A stretch of DNA of 59,036 nucleotides, counting the filler, from Basidiobolus ranarum (taxonomy: Eukaryota), in the NCBI GenBank assembly GCA_040143965.1. It is 7 parts of 7 records of this genome, joined end to end, with 100 filler letters (N's around TTAATTAATTAA, not from the genome) between each part and the next. Parts side by side here need not be neighbours in the genome. Positions count along the whole stretch, not along the records: positions 42,267 to 50,604 come from JASJQH010007858.1; positions 50,705 to 59,036 come from JASJQH010007859.1; 5 more parts are not named here. One strand, 5' to 3'. This document shows, one piece after another, positions 49,896 to 59,036 of this stretch. Both the position numbers and the translations under genes were made by a program. The stretch's first letter is position 1; each line of letters begins with the position of its first letter. The notes below the pieces were generated by a model. That model did no database searches. It saw nothing but the letters and a program-made list of their open reading frames with translations, and had not been told where the DNA came from.

Positions 49896-50452
49896 GATTA
49901 GTATACTCTGAACGTATCAATACCGGGCTGGAAATGGCTCTATATATACATGCCAACAGCAAATATCATAGTTTAGTCAGTACTTTACTCTAATGAAATT
50001 GAAGTCAACTTGATTTAGTTATTTCAATTAACAGCTTGGTGAAGTTAAGATCAGTATTAATACTAAGATTTTCAGACTCAAGCCGTTGAGATTTAGCATA
50101 GGCTGTGGTTAATACATATATATTTGTTTCTATCAATGCTAGATTGAAGTATAGTTACTTAACGTGATAAAAATATTTGAATTTGAATAAAGGAAAGATG
50201 CTTCAGATCCACTCATATTGAGTATTTATACTGATCCGCAGTGGTAGGCCGTGTTATGGAGATGTACACGCATCAATACAGAAAGTTTATCTTTAGGTTA
50301 CTCGTCCAAATGATTCATTTTTTATAGATTATACCAATTATGGAGGTTGCCAGGTCGATCATATCCCTTGCTGAAAACCAAACATGGTATCCTACTTTAT
50401 GTATTCAAAGACTTTCTTTATTCAATAAATTTGAGTAAATGCAAAAATCTCA

Positions 50453-50604
50453 TCAACCACAATTTTCTGTACACAGGCTTGGTTCCGGTACTCGATTGAT
50501 GCAAGGTGCAACACACTCGGTCATTTCGGCAGGTTTTGAGTATTGTGTAGTTTGACCTGGGAGTACCATCAGTGAAGGGAGTTCCACATTGTCATTTGAG
50601 GATT
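50453..50604 (-). CDS. Array copy 8, 3' end only (5' truncated by contig end)
   Basis: SSNDNVELPSLMVLPGQTTQYSKPAEMTECVAPCINRVPEPSLCTENCG*. Confidence 0.8.
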
Positions 50605-50704
50605 NNNNNNNNNNNNNNNNNNNNNNNNNNNNNNNNNNNNNNNNNNNNTTAATTAATTAANNNNNNNNNNNNNNNNNNNNNNNNNNNNNNNNNNNNNNNN
50701 NNNN
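50605..50704. other. Artificial contig linker
   Basis: N44-TTAATTAATTAA-N44. Confidence 0.98.
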
Positions 50705-50797
50705 GTATGTCTTAGTTACTTCTATTGTATCTTCCTCTTCAATATTTCAGTTCAAATTAGTAGAATGAGTTACTCACGCTATCTATTTTCATTGTAG

Positions 50798-51341
50798 TCC
50801 ACTTTTCTGGATGCACCACGCCTTTGTAGACAAAATCTGGGCTGACTGGCAAGATGCAAATCCTTCTTTGGCTGGCGACTATAGTGGAGTAAACCATATG
50901 AATGGAAATGCAGTCACCACCAGTGATGTATTAGAGCCATTCGGATATCGAGTAGCAGATATCCTAAGCACCACCTCGCTATGCTATCGTTACCCAGAGG
51001 GAAGGAATCGACGATCAATTGAATTGAAAAAAAGAACATTAATAGAAGAATCTATGGAAAGTTTATTAAGCTCTTTAAATGAAACACTTGATTTCAATCA
51101 ACTCTTGAACAGCGTTATAAATACGAATCAACCTGATTACGCGAGTATATTTGGTCTACCAAATTCATTTGATCGTGAACAGGAAGGATTGAATGTACCT
51201 GCTGCACTTGACTTGGATTTCATTAATATGTACGGTTTTGATGTTCGTAAAGTACGTACTATGGAGATGGAGAACGCAATGTGGATCAAAAAATCTAACC
51301 AGATGGCTTCTTCCGATTCATCTACTGATCTTCTATTTTAG
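50798..51341 (+). CDS. Tyrosinase/di-copper oxidase, last exon (5' truncated)
   Basis: Intron GTATGT 50705..AG 50797, then the CuB-site motif PLFWMHHAFVDKIWADWQ, core-terminal CYRY (YxY), a dibasic linker RRSIELKKR and a C-terminal extension. Confidence 0.88.
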
Positions 51342-51850
51342 CAAGAATATTGTGATTTCCTTTCCCGTTCCATCCCGTCCTGTCCCTTCTTTTCAATTTT
51401 TTATTGATTTCCCCTATAGAAGTATGATTTTGTAGAAGATCGCAGCAGTGATTGTTATCATCGCTTTTTTGAGTGTTGAAATATCCATTAAACCCCCCCC
51501 CCGATATCTACCTTTCTTTCCCTTCCTACTGTCACGTACATATGAGCATCTTTCATTGTCATGGTTGCCAGAGATCGAGAGTGGTGAATCCAAAATATAC
51601 CAATAAATGACCTTTTTTAAAGCTTAAATGATGGTAGATGGAAATAATTTCATTGTATTAGACATATGGTCTTATGAATGGTGATCAGATATGTGACAAA
51701 GTGTAAGTCTAGTGATTTGTATTATGGATGGGAGAAGAGAGGGACGAGGTACAAGGCGAAAAAGAGATAACAATTGAATATAAGATTTCTAATACATTAT
51801 TTACAGAGAGGGTTTTCAGGCTAAAAAGTTACAAATTTCCCAGTGCAATT

Positions 51851-54198
51851 TCATTTTGGTATTACTTTACTGGAGTCTAGACATCCAAATCCAGTTCCAT
51901 TGGGTTGAATGACGGTCGCTTCCGTGATATCGAAAAAGTCTTCTTGACGAATCTTTTCCTCGCTTAATTTGATCTTCAGTAAACTCTCGGATATGGTAGA
52001 AGTAATGGACCCTCTACGAACTTCACGTCTGGCAAACGCTTCAGCCGCCGAGAATGGGGTAAGAATATTTCCATTGACATCCATAGGTGGTGCGACATCA
52101 GGCAGATCCACTTCTTTGACGACTGGATTTTTCATCGGATTGAGATTCAACGCAGGAATATATTTCGGATTACCAGGTCCTTCGCAGACAACCTTGAGAC
52201 GCTCACTGCCATCCGGAGCACGGTGTGAAAATACCACTCTTATGTTTTTGTAGAGGTAGATTCGTTTCTTCGAAGGTGAACAAAACTGTAGATGAATCGC
52301 ATAGCGTAGAGTTTGATTCTCATTAGATGGTCCTGGTACCGAATACGACTTTTGTCTTAAAAAAGTCTTCGAATTCTCCGGCATATCTGAGAAATCATAG
52401 GGAATGAGGAAGAATTTGACTGCAGTTTTGTTGGGATTCTTGACTATCACTTGGAGTTGTCCTTTGGGTGGGATTCTGTACCCATGAGGGAATCGCTTGT
52501 CAACTGCGTCTCTAAGTTTGGTATTTTCAAGATCTACAGTGCCCACATAAGGCGATGGTGAATCCGTGTTACCATGTTGATAGAAGTAGGCAGGAAATTC
52601 CATGTTAAGGTGGGGCGGGCATTTAAGTGAAGGTTTACACTTTCCCTTACCAAGCACCCCGACTTGTACAGTGAAGTTGATAGGCTTAGATGGCAATGTG
52701 GACATTCTTCCACTTAAGATTGACTCTTCATAACTTCCTACTAATGACCCAAACAATTCCGACGGATTCAAACAAGAGAGACTGGATCGTCGGCCTCCAT
52801 ATCTGGGTGGCATCATCGCCCCGGAATTGCTAGGATGATTCGTATGAGAGCTTCTATGTGTAGAATTTTTAAATGGCGAAAGAGGTGAATGTGGAGGAGG
52901 AGTCAAGTTGATGTGGCAATTGTATGGCTTGCGGACTGGATCGATTGCTCTAGTTGCAACTGTTCTGTCTAGCCCTACTCCAGTGGCATTGATCTTGGAA
53001 GCATAGGCATGCTTTTCCATAAAGCGATGACTAAAAGTATCGTGTGGAGAGTTACCGATCGGTGAAGCAGCAGGGATACTCACTGGTCGAGAAAGTCGGA
53101 TGGATGGATTTATCTTTATGCTTCCATCATCATCTGATGTATTTACATCCCTTTCGTTTATCTCCATACAGTCTCCCTGCTCTTCTTTAAGGGTGGTTAA
53201 CCCTTGAAATGAAGATAAATGATGGTATTTTGGCGTATATTTGTGAGGACTATCCAGTACTGATGATTTTCGTTTTAATTGTTGAGTATGCTTATATTCC
53301 TCTACTGTTTGATCCGGTGTACATTTCTGAATAGAGAGAAAGGTTAGTCTATGAGAAAGATTCATTCAGGGTTAGGTTCTTTACATACCTCAATATTCTC
53401 GTCATTTCCAGTATTCTCACACTCATCTAACCGAACCTGTTCCAGCGTCTTATCATATGCAACGCTAACATTCAATTTACCGAAAGAAGTACAAGCGCTA
53501 TTGAATTGATTACTAGCAAGATCCAGTCCAACTGGGAAACAATCCGTTGAGCATGCACTACTATACGAAGTGATATCGTAATCCACGTCTTCTTTAAGTA
53601 TAATATTCTTGTTGATTAAAGAGTGTAGGGGTAGATATCTGATTTGCGAATAGATCGATTGTAAGAGTAAAACGAGCTGTGTTGTATCTAACTTATTGCG
53701 CTCACTAAACTTTCGTTCACTAAAAGAGGCCGATAAAATACTTAGTGAATGTATTATAATAATATTTCAACACCATTCATGAACCTACCAATTTTCAAAA
53801 GAAATTGACCAACATTCAAGCAAAGTATGTTCATGTTTCTTAAATATATGAATATGTATGGGTTCACCATTTTTCCATAAACTAAGAGCATTTTCAAAAG
53901 AAGGATCCACTTTCTATATTTGAAAAGTGGTTAGTTCACTTTCAGTAAATCAGGGGTGAATGTTTTTATACGTACATCTAGAGAATTATCCACATGAACT
54001 GAAGTTGCTTGTTGACCAGTTCTAGCTTTCAAGATTATCTGACCGATTTTTGTAATAAATTCCATTCCAGTATCTTTGTTTAAGCATGGACCCCCAACTA
54101 CAAATAGAAAACCAACAAGTAAGTCTTACTACTCCAAAGTAAAGAAAACTTAGTAAATAACATCACGTACAAGGAATGACCTCAAGTGCACTAGGCAT
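51851..54198 (-). CDS. FAM214/ATOS-family protein (DUF4210 + Chromosome_seg) with N-terminal HORMA-like region
   Basis: Exons 54198-54171, 54097-53976, 53913-53789, 53719-53389 and 53326-51851 splice in frame. Motifs GSLVGSYEESILSGRMS, SPYVGTVDL, YRIPPKGQLQVIVKNPNKTAVKFFLIPYDFSDMP, TFLRQK and LRYAIHLQF. Confidence 0.88.
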
Positions 54199-55443
54199 TA
54201 TATTGGCTCTCAAGGCAATTTAAATAAGCAAACGTAGATCCTCACTTGGAAAGACGTATTGTATGTGAAAGAAATATTTTAAACAAGACAATTAGATACA
54301 AAGAAAAGTGGAGGAGGTGTCTTGAAAGGAAAATCAGTTAATATATGTATACGCGGGTGCAGGTGTGAACATATGATATGGATTCGCAGAATTCTTGACT
54401 TTGTAATGAATTTTCGTTTTATAGTGGGACCAATCTGAAAAATTTAAGTGAAAATGAGGATACAATAATAGTGTATATAATTATACACTCACATCTGCAT
54501 GCAATGCTTACTTTTAACCCTTTATAGCATGATTGAATTTCATCCGAAAAAAACCCCAGATCTCGTTTGAAAAAAAGGAATTTTTTTCTTTAGTGGAAGT
54601 TTTTTTCAGTCATTCCTGGCTCAGGAAGTTTCCGATGTACCATCGATTTAGGGAGACGGCTGAGGAGAGCTTATCCATACAGCTTACGACACCTACTCTA
54701 TTACATTGTTTGATGCTGAGGTGCTCTACCTAACCCTCAGGTGGCTTCTCTCCCTTCTGTAAAGTCAAATACCTAACCTTATTTGAATAAGGAAGGAATC
54801 AATCATGTGTCACTGGAGAATCGTGTCACACTCACTATGCCCAGTTTAAATGCTATGTCCAATCCGGTTTTAGCCTGTCATCATATCGCCTTGAACAAAT
54901 CATCAACCATCAGTAATAAATGATCCCGTCAACACCCCATCTGTGACGTCAGGTGTGCTTTTATGGAAAGTGATGGATTGTCAACATCTTACATGTTCCA
55001 GACCCGCGTTTCAATGCAAAGCAATTGCAATTGCAATTGTGGTGTGTCAGTGAGACAACGCCAAATAACATCCAGTGCTACATCATGTGACTTCACTATT
55101 GCTCAGAACATCTATGGTTCCCACTCTTTCTAAGGAGATCTCTATGGTTGATAGGGCGCAGTTTTTGGGTCTGATCACATTAGCTCAGGACCTGTATGTA
55201 TCTCGATCTGTATTACATGATCTTACTTGGCTTACTGCGCGAGCGCGATCAGGAACGGGAACGGTGGATGAGTCTAGAGTTGGATTTCTTGTTTAAATAT
55301 TGGTTTATCATTATGCAGTTTTCCCCCTAATTTGTCTAAGCCATAGGATGACGATTGTTCTCTATTCTCCTCAGCCGACTGTAGTCAATATATCCTATTG
55401 AGAAGGAGAATCATCTTAATTGACTCAATTCTTCACCTAAAAA

Positions 55444-56362
55444 ATGACCAAAATTTCACTAAACCTCCCAATCATTACTCAAAACCCCCAACCTACTGAG
55501 AAACTGGGTAACGGTCAGTGGTTAGGCCTTGAAAGGATCTACTATACATTACCCAATACTGGTGAGATTCGACAATGGGAAGTGTGTCGTAGAGCTTCAG
55601 TGAATACCACAAAGATGGAGAGCAAAAAGGAAGAAATCAATGGTAGATATAAGGAGGGTTTACTATTATTAACTGCTCTTCAATTTCTGAGGTTTTTTAT
55701 TTTGGTTTATAGCCGTTGATGTTGTGGCCATTATTCACCAAGAGAAGCAAAAAAGCATCGTATTGGTGGTTCAATATCGACCTGCCGTGGACACTTTTAC
55801 TATAGAGTTTCCTTCCGGTATTTTGACTTATTTAAGTATGGTTGATATATAAAAGAAGAGCTAACACTGTATATAAATGCATATTAGGGCTCATTGACAA
55901 AGATGAGGATGTTAAGGCCGCAGCTTTACGCGAGTTAAAAGAAGAAACTGGATATGTGGGGGAATTGTTAAACATTAGTCCCACTATATGCTATGAGCCC
56001 GGGTTAACTGATTCCTGTTGTAAATTAGCATTCGTTAAGGTAGTGAAGGTATAACGCTCTGTAAAATGTGTCATTGCTAATTGGACCGTCCTTACTGGTT
56101 TAGATTGACCCAACTATAGAAGTGAACCAAAATCCTACTCCTACGCTTGAGGCAGATGAATGGAGTTTACAGACCATTGTTTTACCATGTGATGAAAATC
56201 TCTTGGACATATTAAAAGGTATAAATTCATTTTATTATTGTAAATTATTAATATAAGCTAATGTTGTTGATTACAGATTTACAGGCGGATAAGCCCCATC
56301 TTGTTGTTGATTCTAGACTTTATACGTTTGCTCTTGGTCTAGCCACTTCAAAATATCTTTAA
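55444..56362 (+). CDS. Nudix hydrolase, ADP-ribose pyrophosphatase (NUDT5/Ysa1-like)
   Basis: Exons 55444-55642, 55713-55817, 55888-56039, 56104-56218 and 56277-56362. Motifs QYRPAV..EFPSG, Nudix box GLIDKDEDVKAAALRELKEETGY and C-terminal VDSRLYTFALGL. Confidence 0.9.
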
Positions 56363-56669
56363 TATAACTTATCTGGTATTAACAGCTTTACCAAGTACTA
56401 AAATCAACTCTATTGAGATATTTATTTCAAGTTTACACATCACAACATCTTTCACATCCAATGTTGGACAACTACACAAAGAAATGAATTCAAGTACAGT
56501 GATATTCTTTACGCATCATATTATTTATTGACTTTAGTGTTCATTTGTGTATTCATGGTATTGAACATCTGATGCATGTCCCAAGTTGAAATTGAAATGA
56601 ATGTCTGGAGATATCTAGAAAGTTGTTGCACATATTGGCATTCACCTGTAACTCTTTTGATGTGGATTT

Positions 56670-56998
56670 TGGAGAAGTATTTTAGGAGCCTGTTGGAAGT
56701 GGTTTGGAGAACTAGAGAAATTGGTGGTTTTCACTTATTGATTTATTGAGTATTCAGTTGACATTTATAGTTTTGTCAAGATGTAAACAAACTAACGTGT
56801 AGAATGTGCTAAGAAAGGTCCCAGGTAAATGTGTGCAAAGTTTGGGGCTTCTAGCACAAGTTATCGAAATCTATATATCTGAGAACTTCCAAGTAAATTC
56901 CGATTGAGAATATGGATGATATCTTGGTGAAATATAGAATAACTAAATACTAAGCTATATATGGCAATATAGATGTTTAGGCTATGCTTATTTCAACA
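56670..56998 (-). mobile_element. Copia-family LTR, apparently solo
   Basis: Near full-length match to 33197-33517, ending TTTCAACA; no adjacent PPT and no clear target-site duplication. Confidence 0.85.
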
Positions 56999-58474
56999 AC
57001 CAATAGCATGTATATGGAGTTGTCAGATGTTGTATGCGTTGTGAGCATTCTCAGGAATATTTTACAGTGTTACTCAGATTTGTTTGATAACCTTATTGAG
57101 TTTGAAATATTCAAATCCCTTGGCTCTTGTTTGAATGCTCAATGATTATGTAATGAAACAAAAGCATTGGCAAGGCCTTAGCTTTATAACTCCTTTGAAG
57201 TGCACCATCTTTGCCCAATTTATGTTCTATATACTGAGTGCCACTCAAGCTTAGGGTTAACTGCAATTATGATTACTAAATGGTACTAATTTGATAATTG
57301 CGGTTCAAGCGGGGTTTTTCTTGGTTAGCAAGTAGTGATAGTGTACCTCTACCTATACCTATCTCTGATACTAGTAAAACTTGAGTAGGTTTACTCTGAT
57401 AGCAGCAGTAGTTAACCAATTGATAAGCTGGAGATGAACCTATTTAGGACTCCACTGTTATATAATTATAATACGACGATTTTTCTCGGGGAATTCTAAA
57501 GAGGCTTCATTATAGTAAACAGGTGTCAACTGTTTAGCACCAAATACATTCAGCTGCACCTAAAGTAATCTTAGCAGGACTCAATTGAGTATAATTATTC
57601 TAGAACAACTTGAGAGGGGATATACTGGTTGATAGATTCATGGCCAGTAATCCCAGCTTTCAGGTCATTCTTTGAATTGACCCACAGACTGACACTTGAA
57701 TTGTAACCCGATTGACTATATGAATCATCTAGCAAACCTAAGTAATATGGGTCAATTTAGTCGCAAGTCTGGTTTAATTTGTTCGCAATGTTAGACAGTC
57801 ATTATTGGATTTCTCTTGCGTGGAGAAGCTCTATGATGCCTAGCTTCTATTGGTAAATCCTCACGTGCCTCATGGGATTGGCATCATATTGTATAGATGG
57901 ATGTATTTTTTTGTCCATTCCATAACCCTAGCCCTAGTGTTCAATATCATTACCCCTCACTTTTAAAATTCAGAGTTCCTTCGTCACACGCTTTTGTTTT
58001 GGTGTACTTCCTACATTTTTATACAGCAAGGTTTCGTAATCTCATTTTAGAAGAGAATCTGAGGGATTCAAGTGAGTACTGACTTAAACTTCTAAATAAT
58101 TGAACTGTGAATATTTTCTTGCTTTTTACGAGTGAATGTTATTCGGTTTCCCCTCCATAAAATATATGCTACTCTTATGAAACATCTTTGGTGTCTTTAA
58201 TTAAGATCCTAAGAAAAGAGGGCAAAGAGATATAACATCAAAGTTGTTAAAGTGTGTTGGTGAAAACCTGTAAACGTCGTTAAATATTATTATCGCTCAA
58301 CAGTTTGACTGATCTCATAGAATATTTCAATAATACTTGTTGAACACTTTCTTTTTCGTTTGTACAACTTGACTGCTTTGGAAATTTTATTTCTTGGTGA
58401 ACTAAATATTCTTTGATCCTATTTTAGCAATAACGTCGATATTCCACACTCTGCTCTAGAACAATATATAACAA

Positions 58475-59036
58475 ATGAATCGACAATGTGAGTCTTTATT
58501 CGTTTGATGAGAAGAGAATGGGGGTATAGTGAAGCCCGCTTTATATTTATTTATTTCTCATCTTTCTCCTCCACTCTAGTTAACTCACAAATACTACCGA
58601 GTAAACAAACACCTACTCCTGCCTCTTATTCTACTCTTCCTAGCTTAAACTCCTCGCTAATGAACCGTGTAGGCTCGAATAACGCTTTTGGACAAAAACT
58701 TTCTAATGGAAAACCTTGTAAGTATGTTATAAGAAAATCAAGTCGATCACTGTCTAAGTTTATTCAAACTTGGAACTCTTTTATTGTTTTAAGCACTGGC
58801 AGGTCCTACTTGGGGATATTCTGCTCAACCTTCATCTGTGCGGCAACCACCTCAAATGAATAGCTCTGGAGAAACTTTAGATATGTCCGAATTCCCCGCT
58901 TTGGGTAGTGCACCGCTATCTGGTCGTCATTCTAAATCTTCTAGCGTCACAGATGATAGATCTCAAATGGAGGATTTGAGGAAAGAGGAATTCCCTGCTC
59001 TACCTGGTTCTGGGAATCGCTCCAGTTCTTCTAATT
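58475..59036 (+). CDS. NOT2: CCR4-NOT subunit NOT2/CNOT2, N-terminal part (3' truncated by window)
   Basis: Spliced MNRQ|FNSQILPS...NGKP|SLAGPTW... contains the two CNOT2-type motifs LDMSEFPALG and EEFPALPG; the NOT box is not reached. Confidence 0.65.

Noticed and set aside
42267-50604. Regular repeat-spacer periodicity as a CRISPR-like array
   Set aside because: Units are >1 kb gene duplications in a eukaryote, with homologous spacers and no cas genes.
35228-51341. Terpene synthase + secreted array + tyrosinase as one biosynthetic or defence cluster
   Set aside because: They lie on three different contigs, adjacent only because of size sorting.

Overview
Eukaryotic DNA, almost certainly fungal, with short (~60-70 nt) GT..AG introns and CTAAC branch points. 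It looks like an early-diverging fungus; a Basidiobolus-type Zoopagomycota is my inference, not proven. The window is NOT one locus. It is seven ~8.3-kb contigs (8376, 8360, 8347, 8343, 8340, 8338, 8332 bp, in decreasing size) joined by artificial 100-nt N44-TTAATTAATTAA-N44 linkers, so neighbourhoods across linkers are meaningless. Contig 1: a giant S/T/K/H-rich tandem-repeat reading frame with two in-frame nonsense codons. Contig 2: 3' part of a Kin1/MARK kinase (KA1 domain), RRP8, a spliced type-I membrane protein with a Frizzled-like cysteine-rich domain, and an F-box gene. Contig 3: nested Gypsy/Copia relics and an NCS1 (Fur-type) permease. Contig 4: a Pho80/PCL cyclin and Copia relics. 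Contig 5: a partial TOK-like membrane gene and an intronless, bacterial-type class I terpene synthase with a C-terminal hydrophobic tail. Contig 6: a tandem array of at least 8 copies of an unrecognised ~170-aa secreted 8-Cys protein undergoing birth-and-death evolution. Contig 7: tyrosinase 3' end, a FAM214/ATOS (DUF4210) gene whose spliced N-terminus resembles an ATG13 HORMA domain, a NUDT5/YSA1 Nudix hydrolase, a solo-type LTR and the 5' end of NOT2. The best candidates for novelty are the secreted-protein array, the tail-anchored terpene synthase, the HORMA-DUF4210 fusion, the 8-Cys Frizzled-like receptor and the giant repeat protein. All product calls come from recognising motifs by eye; no searches were run.
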